This document shows positions 7,826-15,625 of a DNA stretch of 20,000 nt, piece by piece (position 1 is the stretch's first letter; the number at the start of each line of letters is the position of its first letter). Position numbers and translations under genes: made by a program. The DNA comes from an uncultured virus (IMG/VR IMGVR_UViG_3300046463_000302) (lineage: Duplodnaviria > Heunggongvirae > Uroviricota > Caudoviricetes), in IMG/VR virus record IMGVR_UViG_3300046463_000302. One strand, given 5' to 3'. The notes below the pieces were generated by a model. The model was not told the origin of the DNA. It searched no databases and saw only the letters and a list, made by a program, of their open reading frames with translations.

Positions 7826-7984
7826 GTGGTCGCATTTCAGCACCGGCCGGGCTGAAAATCAAACCGGCCAAGAATGAAAAACCCGGCATCGCGCGAACGA
7901 TCCGGGTCTGATCTAAACGACTCAATGGGAAGCCGTACAGATGGCTAATTCTATAACACCGTGCTGGTCCGGACGGAGGCATGC

Positions 7985-8920
7985 ATGATCGTCGACCCGG
8001 ATTTTCTGGAGCACTGGAAAACGCGCATGCTCGCGGACTTGCTTGGGCGAGATCCCGAGACGCCCGACGAAATGGCGCCGCTTTATCTCATTCGCCTATG
8101 GGCGCACTGCCAGCAGCGCAAGTCAGATCGCTTTGATTCGCTTTCGCCGGCCGCGCTGAAGTCGATTTGCCGCTTCAAAGGTGCGGCTGCGGCGTTCGAA
8201 GCGGCGATGCTTGAGTCGGGCTTTATCGAGCGTTCCGACGGCGCACTGATCGTCAGTGGATGGCGCGAGCGCAATGCTTCACTGATCGCGACGTGGGAGA
8301 ACGGCAAGAAGGGCGGGCGCCCGAAAAAATCGGAACAAAAAACCGCAGGTTTCGCAGAGGGAACCCCACCGGGTACCCCACCGGAAACCCATGGGTTTCC
8401 CTTCGAATTCCCGGAGGCACCCGATTGGGTGTCCCACGCGGAACCGATAAGAGAAGAGAAGATAAGAGAAGATCAGAGGGGTTCTAACACCGCTCTAGGT
8501 GACTGTGAAGTAGGTGGCGCGAGCGCAGCGCCGACGCGCGCGGTTGACCTGTCCATCGCTGTGCGCAAGTTCGGGGTGCAGTCACAGCCAAGCGATCCGC
8601 GTTTGCAGAGCCTGGCCGAACAGGGCATCACGGCCGACACGATGACAGCCGCTTGCGAAGCCGCGAAGAAGGCCAAGACTGGCAGCGGCGAAGCGCTGAA
8701 TCTCGGCTACGTCATTTCGATCATCAAGCGATGGTCCGAAGAGGCCGCCAACCTGCGCGTTGCGGGCGTGCAGGCGCCGCGCGCGGGCAGCAAGGCGCAA
8801 GCCGTCGAGCAAAACAATCGCGACGCCGTCGAAGAAGCAGCGCGCCGCATCGAAGCGCGAGAGCGGGGCGAGCAGGCGCCGCAGACCGATCCCTACACCA
8901 TCGACATGGAGCCAGCATGA
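7985..8920 (+). CDS. Phage replication initiator protein (lambda O analogue)
   Basis: N-terminal LYLIRLWAHCQ domain, ENGKKGGRPKK, a low-complexity iteron-coding linker followed by IREEKIRED, and a C-terminal LGYVISIIKRW domain. GGAGG RBS upstream. Confidence 0.8.
   Translation: MIVDPDFLEHWKTRMLADLLGRDPETPDEMAPLYLIRLWAHCQQRKSDRFDSLSPAALKSICRFKGAAAAFEAAMLESGFIERSDGALIVSGWRERNASLIATWENGKKGGRPKKSEQKTAGFAEGTPPGTPPETHGFPFEFPEAPDWVSHAEPIREEKIREDQRGSNTALGDCEVGGASAAPTRAVDLSIAVRKFGVQSQPSDPRLQSLAEQGITADTMTAACEAAKKAKTGSGEALNLGYVISIIKRWSEEAANLRVAGVQAPRAGSKAQAVEQNNRDAVEEAARRIEARERGEQAPQTDPYTIDMEPA
8335..8480. other. Putative replication origin (iterons/palindromes inside the initiator gene)
   Basis: Tandem 12-mers GGAACCCCACCG / GGTACCCCACCG / GAAACCCATGGG (8360-8395), perfect 18-bp palindrome GGAAACCCATGGGTTTCC (8383-8400), then a purine-rich AAGAG tract. 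Confidence 0.6.
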
Positions 8921-9594
8921 AAGCAGGCGATATCCGCGAACTCGGCGAGATCCTGCGCCGCAATTTTGCCGTCTACAGCAAGGAACTGACGCCCGACATG
9001 ATCGAAGTCTGGTTCGATGCGCTGGCCCACTACTCGCTCGAGGACATTGGGGTAGCACTCACGCGGCACGTACGCGACGCCGACAGCGGACGCTTCGCGC
9101 CGAAGCCCGCCGACGTCATTGCGCACCTTGCCGGCGGCAGCAGCGTACGCGCGCTGCGCGCATGGTCGATGGTCGATAAAGCCGTGCGCATGGTCGGGCA
9201 TTACGTGTCGGTGGCATTCGACGATCCAATCATTCATCGTGTGATCGACGACATGGGCGGCTGGACCAAGCTGGCGATGACGGCCACGCTCGACGACCTG
9301 AAGTATCGCGGTCTCGAGTTTCAGAAGCGCTACCAGGGCGCGCTGATAACCGGCGGCGTTGGTCAGGACTATCCGCCGTATCTGATCGGCGCAGCCGAGG
9401 CGCACAACGCGCTCGAGCGCGCGCGTGTTGCCCCGCCCACGCTGATCGGCGACGCGCACAAGTGCCAACAGGTGATCGATGCCTCGCGCGGCGCGGGAGG
9501 CCTGCGCATCACGAACGCCGCATCGGCAGCAAAACTCATTCAAGGCGCGGTGAAGCGCATCGGAAAGTCAGACCCCGGTAATGAAGGGCGTTGA
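8917..9594 (+). CDS. DUF6475-type replication-associated protein (possible helicase loader)
   Basis: ATGA overlap with the initiator. Contains WFDALAHYSLEDI..AL..HV...GRFAPKPADVI and SVAFDDPIIHRVIDDMGGW. Confidence 0.75.
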   Translation: MKAGDIRELGEILRRNFAVYSKELTPDMIEVWFDALAHYSLEDIGVALTRHVRDADSGRFAPKPADVIAHLAGGSSVRALRAWSMVDKAVRMVGHYVSVAFDDPIIHRVIDDMGGWTKLAMTATLDDLKYRGLEFQKRYQGALITGGVGQDYPPYLIGAAEAHNALERARVAPPTLIGDAHKCQQVIDASRGAGGLRITNAASAAKLIQGAVKRIGKSDPGNEGR

Positions 9595-9648
9595 CATTTT
9601 GTCCGTAGTGGTCTGATAATCGAACCGTTGTACAGAATTCAAAACCAC
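9591..9648 (+). promoter_or_regulatory. Sigma70-type promoter with two operator-like 21-mers
   Basis: TTGACA (9591-9596)-N18-GATAAT (9615-9620). GTGGTC-N9-AACCGT (9608-9628) and TTGTAC-N9-AACCAC (9628-9648). Confidence 0.7.
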
Positions 9649-9678
9649 GCAAACCAACTCCGACCCGGAGCAAAGACC

Positions 9679-10305
9679 ATGATTCTTTCGGCAAACGCCG
9701 TGCGACTCGCGTATGCGTTCGCGGCAAAGCAGGACATTCGGTACTACCTCAACGGCATCAATGTCGAGCCCGCAGAGGGCGGCGGTGCGCTTATCACCGC
9801 GACTGACGGCCACCGCCTGACGCAAGTTCTTGACCGCGACGCGAGCAATGTCGAGTCGATGATTATCTCGCTCGACAAGGCGAGCCAGGCGGCGCTCAAG
9901 CGCGGCACGTTCGTTTCGACCGAGTTCAACGAAAAGCACATCGCGATTCTGAATTCCGACCGTATCCCGGTTCACATGCAGGTTGAGGCGTACAAGGTCG
10001 AGGGCAAATTCCCGGACTGGCGCCGCGTGCTGGGCAAGCGCGAGGACTGGTCCCAAGGTGTCGGCGGCAATTTCAATGTCAAGTATTTGGCGGACGTCGT
10101 GCGCCTGATGGACGGCGTTTGTCAAGCGGATCGATTCGCGCCGAGCGTTTCGTTCTTTACGAAGCTCGATAAGGATGGCAATCGCCAGATGACGGAAAGC
10201 CTGTTGTTCATTCTCGACGGGCGCGTGCAGGCGTGGGGCATGGTTATGCCGATGCGCGGCAATGAGAGCGATCCGCTCACCGTCGCATACGGGAAGGCCG
10301 CGTAA
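9679..10305 (+). CDS. Short DNA polymerase III beta-clamp homologue
   Basis: FAAKQDIRYYLNGI, ATDGHRL, EGKFPDWRRVL and terminal GMVMPMR match DnaN central and C-terminal motifs. 208 aa. GGAG RBS at 9667-9670. Confidence 0.85.
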   Translation: MILSANAVRLAYAFAAKQDIRYYLNGINVEPAEGGGALITATDGHRLTQVLDRDASNVESMIISLDKASQAALKRGTFVSTEFNEKHIAILNSDRIPVHMQVEAYKVEGKFPDWRRVLGKREDWSQGVGGNFNVKYLADVVRLMDGVCQADRFAPSVSFFTKLDKDGNRQMTESLLFILDGRVQAWGMVMPMRGNESDPLTVAYGKAA

Positions 10306-11024
10306 TGGACCAGATCAAAGGACAGATGCGCGTGTTGGTCGACGTGCTCGCCGAGCGCAAGGCGCAAGACGGGCAGTGGGGCGGCGCCGCGCACGACGAC
10401 GAGCATAGCGCATCGTCTTGGCTCGCATACATCGACGACCAGACGACAAAGGCATTCAACGATACGGCTGGCCTGATGATCGGCACGCCGGATTACATCG
10501 CCGCGCACCGCGCACGCCTGGTGAAGATCGCGGCGCTCGCGTTCGCCGGCATTGAATCGATAGACCGGAAGGCCGCGCAAGTTGCTACGCCCGTCGCGCC
10601 GGGCTACTCGTACAGCACGAACGAGGAAATGTACTACGGCGACCATGATTCTGTGCGCGAAGCGCTGGTCGCGGCGCTTCATGAGAACGTGGATGCCGAA
10701 TCGCTTGCCGATATCGACTACGCAGATATGCCGACGATTCACGTCGGCGAGCGCGACGAGCCGGATCATGTGTTCGATGGTTTAGCGGACATTATCGTTG
10801 ACCAGGTCGGCGAATGGCTCTACGACGAGGTTGGTGAAGTCGGCGACTTCAACGTTGAAGAGGGCGAGCGCGAGCAATTGGACGCCTTGGTCGGGGCGTG
10901 GCTTCGGGTGAACACTCCGCTGTCGTGCTGGAAGGTCGAAAAGGCAAAAGCCTACGGGCCGGGCGACGCGGAATACGAGGCGGCGCTCAAAGAGGCATTC
11001 CCGCGACCGGAGACGCAGCAATGA
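10305..11024 (+). CDS. Two-domain phage protein (N-terminal all-alpha MazG-like module plus acidic C-terminal domain)
   Basis: VLAERKAQDGQWG..HDDEH...LVKIAALAFAGIESIDR followed by YSYSTNEEMYYG...LYDEVGE. Confidence 0.65.
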   Translation: MDQIKGQMRVLVDVLAERKAQDGQWGGAAHDDEHSASSWLAYIDDQTTKAFNDTAGLMIGTPDYIAAHRARLVKIAALAFAGIESIDRKAAQVATPVAPGYSYSTNEEMYYGDHDSVREALVAALHENVDAESLADIDYADMPTIHVGERDEPDHVFDGLADIIVDQVGEWLYDEVGEVGDFNVEEGEREQLDALVGAWLRVNTPLSCWKVEKAKAYGPGDAEYEAALKEAFPRPETQQ

Positions 11025-11221
11025 GCCGCATCAAAGCAATCATTGCCGCGGCGCTTGGATTCGCCGGCTATCCGCTCAAGCTGGTGGACGATGCGCTGAC
11101 CATCACGCCGCGCAGCGCGACGAAGCCCAAGCGCAAGCTCACGCAGGCGGACCGCGATGCGCTCGCAAAGGCCGAAGCGAAGCGCGCACGCAAGGCAATG
11201 ACCGGGAGGGTTGCGCGATGA
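11021..11221 (+). CDS. Small basic hypothetical protein
   Basis: ATGA overlaps on both sides. MSRIKAIIAAALG...ALAKAEAKRARKA. Confidence 0.7.
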   Translation: MSRIKAIIAAALGFAGYPLKLVDDALTITPRSATKPKRKLTQADRDALAKAEAKRARKAMTGRVAR

Positions 11222-11472
11222 ATTGCAACTGCATCAACGATCTCGAAAAGAAGCTTCAAGCAAAGTACACCGACGAGCTTGGCGCGCCGGCCAGCGTTGA
11301 ATGCGAGGCGGCAGGGTTCACATTTGGGAAGTCCGTCCAGGTCATCCACAAGACGGAATTCAAAATCACCGCCAATGTGCCCGGCTTCAAACGTGGCAAG
11401 TCCATTCCGGTAATCGCAAGCTTTTGCCCGTTCTGCGGGAAGTCGGCGAAGCAAGAGGGTGCTGCGGCATGA
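11218..11472 (+). CDS. Small Zn-binding hypothetical protein
   Basis: MNCNC...FCPFCGK. GGAGG RBS upstream. Confidence 0.8.
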   Translation: MNCNCINDLEKKLQAKYTDELGAPASVECEAAGFTFGKSVQVIHKTEFKITANVPGFKRGKSIPVIASFCPFCGKSAKQEGAAA

Positions 11473-12002
11473 GCAAGTCGGCTAAACCCCGCAAGAAGTA
11501 CGACCCAGCTAAGGGCGCGCTCCGCACGGCGAAGCTCTCGCAGCGGTTTGAATCCCGAATTAGTGCGCAAGCCGAGGAACTTATCAAGGCATCGTTCGCG
11601 CGCACGTTGGGCGATAACGATCTCGCCAAGCTGGCGGTGCAGTATCACGCCGCGTTCGCGACGTTGCGCCTGTGTGGCGGCCATGAGGCATTCAAGGACG
11701 TCGCCGCGGCAATCCTGATCGCGCAGCGCTTCGCTGAAGTCGGCATTGCTCCGGAGTTCGCTGGCGAGATTAACGAAGCATTGAAGGCGCTGCACCGGGT
11801 TCAGGAGCGCGCGCTTGGTACGGGCCGCTGGTTGCTGGACGGAGACGGACTGAAGTCGGTCATGCGGGGCATGGCGATCTATGACGCACAGATGGACGTC
11901 GCCACGTATGGGCAGTTGCGCGAAGCCGTTGTCGAGGCTGCGCGCCGTAACGATGAAGTGCTAGGCGCGGAAGCGCGCGAATTGATGAAGGAGGCAGCTT
12001 GA
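11469..12002 (+). CDS. Conserved hypothetical phage protein
   Basis: ATGA overlap. MSKSAKPRKKYDP...TGRWLLDGDGL. Confidence 0.75.
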   Translation: MSKSAKPRKKYDPAKGALRTAKLSQRFESRISAQAEELIKASFARTLGDNDLAKLAVQYHAAFATLRLCGGHEAFKDVAAAILIAQRFAEVGIAPEFAGEINEALKALHRVQERALGTGRWLLDGDGLKSVMRGMAIYDAQMDVATYGQLREAVVEAARRNDEVLGAEARELMKEAA

Positions 12003-12241
12003 GCTTTACGATTGAAAAGGGTATTCCCCCGCCGTCGAACGGCAATAGCCCAGGGCGACAGCCGATGTACCCGTTCGGCAAGCTGAACGTCGGCGACTCG
12101 TTCCTGATCCCGGAGACGTCGAACATTCGAAACCGAGCCGATCGCGTCAAGTCGGCCGCCTGCTATTTCGGCAAGCGCAACAACGTGAAGCTGGCGACGC
12201 GCGTGGTCGAGGGCGGTATCCGCGTGTGGAGGACGGCATGA
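11999..12241 (+). CDS. Small putative DNA-binding phage protein
   Basis: TTG start with GGAGG RBS. IEKGIPPP...YPFGKLNVGDSF...GIRVWR is a common phage family pattern. Confidence 0.8.
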   Translation: MSFTIEKGIPPPSNGNSPGRQPMYPFGKLNVGDSFLIPETSNIRNRADRVKSAACYFGKRNNVKLATRVVEGGIRVWRTA

Positions 12242-12504
12242 AGCGGGCTCCGGTCGTAACCGAATGGTTCCCAGCATCAATGTCGCCTGAGTACCCAGGT
12301 CCGTACGAGTGCGAGCGGTCCGAGAGGACCGGAAAGCGTAAGCCGAAGGCCAAGCGCGTGCGCCGCATCATGCATTGGGATGGCGAGCGCTGGCTGTACG
12401 GCGAATCGGTACCGAACGAGCATTGCAAGCCGGGCATGCCGGCGCTGATGCTCGACCAGTACGGCGACCGCTGGCGCGGCATTGCAAAGGATCCGCAGCA
12501 ATGA
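12238..12504 (+). CDS. Hypothetical phage protein
   Basis: ATGA overlap, GGAGG RBS. TEWFPASMSPEYPGPYE...WDGERW...WRGI. Confidence 0.75.
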   Translation: MKRAPVVTEWFPASMSPEYPGPYECERSERTGKRKPKAKRVRRIMHWDGERWLYGESVPNEHCKPGMPALMLDQYGDRWRGIAKDPQQ

Positions 12505-12794
12505 TGCAACTTGGCTTCTTCGACGAGCCGGTTGAGGCGCCGCCTGCAGCGCCGGCCGCGCCGACGTACGCGGAGATCATCGCCGCGCAGCCGGAGAAGT
12601 TGCGGCCCAGCTGCGCGCCGGTACCGCCTGTGCCGACGGCAAAGCCTGAACTGGACGCATGGGTGCGCGACACGCAGCGCCGCTATCTGCTGTACCTGGT
12701 CGGCGCTATCGCTCGCATGACGTACCGCGACTCCAGCATCGCGAACGCGCGCTATGTGCTGCAAAAACTCAACGGACTCGGGGGTGAGTGGTGA
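12501..12794 (+). CDS. Hypothetical protein with N-terminal QLGFF motif
   Basis: ATGA overlap. MMQLGFFDE followed by a Pro/Ala-rich linker. Confidence 0.7.
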   Translation: MMQLGFFDEPVEAPPAAPAAPTYAEIIAAQPEKLRPSCAPVPPVPTAKPELDAWVRDTQRRYLLYLVGAIARMTYRDSSIANARYVLQKLNGLGGEW

Positions 12795-13384
12795 GCACGC
12801 ACGGCCGCACGCGCGATCTCGTCAACATGGCGAAGGACGTAGGGCTCGAAGTGGTGAGCCACCACATCAAGCAGAACCGCGTATGCATCGAAGCGAGAGC
12901 GGAAAACGGGGCCAGTTCTTCGTTTTCCCTTTCCAATTCGTCGCGCAGCGACATACGCGGCGACCTTAACGAGCAGTCGCGCATGAAGCGCTTTGCGCGC
13001 GCGAATGCGTTGCAGGCAGAACAACTACCGAACCAAGACATGCAACGAGACACCATCAAACTGAAGAAGGACGAGACGGCCGCCGCGCAGGAATTGACGC
13101 CGATCGAGTTCTATCGCCTGTGCGAGTGGGTAAAGCTGGCCCGGATGAACCTGCATCCGAACCTGGCGGCGCTGGCGCTTGCTGCTTCGCATGATATCGG
13201 GCAGACCGTGAGCGAGCGCGCCATGGGTGAGGCAATGCAGGCGACGAACACCAAGGATCCGGACCACTGGACGCCGCTGGCCGATCCGCACACGATCCTG
13301 GCGCGCGAGCTAGAAGCCCTGCTTAAGCAGCTTGGACAGCCGCAATCGTCGCAGTTCATGCGCTTGCTCGAAACACTCAAGTAA
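12791..13384 (+). CDS. Hypothetical phage protein
   Basis: GTGA overlap. ORF of about 197 aa in operon context. Confidence 0.7.
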   Translation: MSTHGRTRDLVNMAKDVGLEVVSHHIKQNRVCIEARAENGASSSFSLSNSSRSDIRGDLNEQSRMKRFARANALQAEQLPNQDMQRDTIKLKKDETAAAQELTPIEFYRLCEWVKLARMNLHPNLAALALAASHDIGQTVSERAMGEAMQATNTKDPDHWTPLADPHTILARELEALLKQLGQPQSSQFMRLLETLK

Positions 13385-13394
13385 GGATGCGAGC

Positions 13395-13799
13395 ATGGGC
13401 GACATGATCGATATGTACCGCGACCTGAAGGAGATCGACAAGGAGCGCCGCGCCGAGAACCGCTCGACCGGCTACAAAGCGCTTGTCGACGCAGGCTTCG
13501 GGTTCGAAGCGAAGAACGGCGGAACGCACTTTATCGTCCAAACGGATCGCGGTCGCGTCGATTACTGGCCCGGTACCGAAAAGTGGCTGCTTGTGGGCGC
13601 CGGCTACAGCCGCGGGCTCGACGCGTTTCTGAGCCATTTCAAGCCCGTCGGCGAGCCGGGCGAGCGCGCAGTACCGCCGATACCTGCCGCGCAATCGGCT
13701 GACGTCGACGACGGCATCATCAAGTACGCGCCGCACATGAGCGAATTCACCCTGGGCGTCTATGCGCGCGCGGGATACACCGTAGAGGGAGCACCATGA
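13395..13799 (+). CDS. Conserved hypothetical phage protein
   Basis: AAGGA RBS. MGDMIDMYRDLK...NGGTHFIV...VDYWPGTEKW. Confidence 0.75.
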   Translation: MGDMIDMYRDLKEIDKERRAENRSTGYKALVDAGFGFEAKNGGTHFIVQTDRGRVDYWPGTEKWLLVGAGYSRGLDAFLSHFKPVGEPGERAVPPIPAAQSADVDDGIIKYAPHMSEFTLGVYARAGYTVEGAP

Positions 13800-13939
13800 A
13801 CGATGAAAACGCAGTGACCGATTGGGACGTCGCAGCAGTGCTGCAGGCTCAGCCGGTAGAGGAAAGCAGGGCGACCGTTTGCATTTCGTGCGGCGCGGTG
13901 AAGGACGAGCACGGCGAATTGCCGTGCGGTGGGCACTGA
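13796..13939 (+). CDS. 47-aa Zn-ribbon-like peptide
   Basis: Not in the ORF track. ATGA overlap and GGAG RBS. Ends CISCGAVKDEHGELPCGGH*. Confidence 0.65.
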   Translation: MNDENAVTDWDVAAVLQAQPVEESRATVCISCGAVKDEHGELPCGGH

Positions 13940-13950
13940 GGGGATAGGGC

Positions 13951-14526
13951 GTGGCAGCAGACAAACTTTCGCCGCAGCAAGAGCGCTTCGTCGATGAATA
14001 CATGGTCGACTTCCACATCACGGACGCCGCGATTCGAGCAGGCTACTCGAAGCGTTCGGCCCGCCAGATTGGTTCTGCCCTGTTGCAGAAGGATCATGTA
14101 CAGGCCGCGTTGAGGGAGCGACGCGAGCGCGCGGCCAAGAAATTCGAGATCACGCGCGAGGCAGTGCTGGACGAGTATCACAAGCTGGCCTTCGCTGATC
14201 CGCGCAACTTCTTCCGCGAGGACGGCACGCTCAAGCGCGTCACGGAACTGGATGACCGCACGGCCGCCGCGCTCGCGCACTTTGAAGTCCTCGAGGAATT
14301 CGCCGGCAGCGGCGAGGACCGCATGCAGGTTGGCTACACGACCAAGGTGAAGTGGGCGGACAAGAAAGCCGCGCTCGACTCTATCTGCCGTGTCATGGGC
14401 TGGAATCAGGACAAGATGAAGCTGGGCGCCGACGAGGATGATCCGCTTGTCATGTTGCTGAAGCAGATCGGCGGCAGCGGATTCAGGCCAACGGGCGCAG
14501 GCGAGCCCGAGCGGGACGATCAATGA
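13951..14526 (+). CDS. terS: Terminase small subunit
   Basis: LSPQQERFVDEYMVDFHITDAAIRAGYSKRSARQIGSALLQK...ITREAVLDEY.KLAFAD...KVKWADKKAAL match the Terminase_2 family. Confidence 0.93.
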   Translation: MAADKLSPQQERFVDEYMVDFHITDAAIRAGYSKRSARQIGSALLQKDHVQAALRERRERAAKKFEITREAVLDEYHKLAFADPRNFFREDGTLKRVTELDDRTAAALAHFEVLEEFAGSGEDRMQVGYTTKVKWADKKAALDSICRVMGWNQDKMKLGADEDDPLVMLLKQIGGSGFRPTGAGEPERDDQ

Positions 14527-14570
14527 TGGTTTGATTGGATGGCCACAACGGCGCCGTAGCGGACCGCATG

Positions 14571-14602
14571 AAGAGGCACGTAAAGAGCGTGTCTCTTTTT
14601 TT
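14571..14602 (+). terminator. Intrinsic terminator after terS
   Basis: AAGAGGCACG-taaagag-CGTGTCTCTT stem plus a T-run. Confidence 0.75.
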
Positions 14603-14609
14603 GCGCTCG

Positions 14610-14670
14610 GTGGTTGCATTTCCTAACCACTCGATCCTATAATAAGACCGTGGTAAGAAAATACTAACGA
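14610..14670 (+). promoter_or_regulatory. Sigma70-type promoter with tandem operators
   Basis: TTGCAT (14614-14619)-N18-TATAAT (14638-14643). Perfect GTGGTT-N9-AACCAC (14610-14630), TCGATC-N9-GACCGT (14631-14651) and GTGGTA-N9-TAACGA (14650-14670). Confidence 0.8.
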
Positions 14671-14687
14671 ATTTATAGGACACGACC

Positions 14688-14945
14688 ATGAAGCCGACTA
14701 TCCAGTTCTTCCGCGCCTCAACCGGCGCGCTGTTCGCCCGCATCGCAACGACCGCACGCGACCTGACCATTGCCGTCGAGGCAACCGACGAGCAGGCCGT
14801 ACGTCAGGAGGCCGCCGACATGCGCGCTCGCGCCGCGCGCCTGATCGACCGCGCTGAGTTCATCGAGGCATCGCTGGCGCCCTTCGCCGAGGTCTCGGAT
14901 TTTGCCGCGCACCGCGCCGTGCGCTACAGCATCAAAGCAGCGTAA
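14688..14945 (+). CDS. Hypothetical protein (first gene of accessory operon)
   Basis: AGGA RBS, 85 aa, high third-position GC. Confidence 0.75.
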   Translation: MKPTIQFFRASTGALFARIATTARDLTIAVEATDEQAVRQEAADMRARAARLIDRAEFIEASLAPFAEVSDFAAHRAVRYSIKAA

Positions 14946-14955
14946 GGGGCGCGAC

Positions 14956-15141
14956 ATGGCATTCACTATGAAGGTGCGCGGGCCGAACGGAAAGACCGTC
15001 GACCTGACGCCCGAGCAGTTCGCGATCGTTGAGCCGATCGTGGTCAGCATGATGAACGCCGAGATCGGCCCAAAGGATGCCGAGAAGCAGGTTATTGCGA
15101 AGCTCAAGGAAGCAGGCAAGCCCGTCATTTTTGGCATCTGA
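14956..15141 (+). CDS. Small hypothetical protein
   Basis: AAGGGG RBS. MAFTMKVRGPNGKTVDLTPEQF..., 61 aa. Confidence 0.75.
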   Translation: MAFTMKVRGPNGKTVDLTPEQFAIVEPIVVSMMNAEIGPKDAEKQVIAKLKEAGKPVIFGI

Positions 15142-15181
15142 CATTTCGCACCATACCGCACCATACCAAAGGAGATCCACC

Positions 15182-15460
15182 ATGAAGCGAAGCATCAAGA
15201 GCCAAGCAGTCACGAACCTGAACGCCGCCGCGCGCAACGTGGACCTGCGCAACGTCAGCCTGATCGCTATGGAGCCGATCACGCTGAAGCCGGGCGCGCT
15301 GCGCCGCGTGGCGGGCGTACTGGCGCGCGTGAGCAACGGCGCATCGTCGCGCGTGTCGTCGTTCATCGTGCGTACCGGCGAGGCGGCATTCAGCGGGCCG
15401 GGCGTGGCGCTGTTCCTCGCGGGCGTGGTGTTTGGCTTGGGCGTGATCGCGCATCACTGA
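15182..15460 (+). CDS. Small protein with C-terminal transmembrane helix
   Basis: AAGGAG RBS. Ends GVALFLAGVVFGLGVIAHH. Confidence 0.75.
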   Translation: MKRSIKSQAVTNLNAAARNVDLRNVSLIAMEPITLKPGALRRVAGVLARVSNGASSRVSSFIVRTGEAAFSGPGVALFLAGVVFGLGVIAHH

Positions 15461-15609
15461 TGACGCACGACGAGATCCTGGCCTTCGCGCTCATGAGCAT
15501 TCCGTTCGTGGGCGCGTTGGTCGTAGCAACCATCGTCAGCACGCTGACGTGGCACGACAACAAGAATCGCCCGATCGAGCGCCGCGGCAACCGCGCGCAC
15601 CGGGCGTAG
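15460..15609 (+). CDS. 49-aa single-pass membrane peptide
   Basis: Not in the ORF track. TGATG overlap. MTHDEILAFALMSIPFVGALVVATIVSTLTWHDNK with a basic tail. Confidence 0.7.
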   Translation: MTHDEILAFALMSIPFVGALVVATIVSTLTWHDNKNRPIERRGNRAHRA

Positions 15610-15625
15610 CACTGGACAGCAGACC

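Noticed and set aside
7835..7857. TTTCAGC/GCTGAAA inverted repeat after the MTase
   Set aside because: No plus-strand T-tract and only a weak operator match nearby, so function is unsupported.
8653..8916. N-terminal extension of the 8653-9594 ORF (and similar extensions at 3340, 3812, 11301 and 17868)
   Set aside because: These overlap upstream genes extensively. Downstream ATGs coupled to the previous stop codon are the better starts.
15182..15609. Holin/lysis cassette
   Set aside because: No endolysin or spanin nearby, and the context is an accessory operon.
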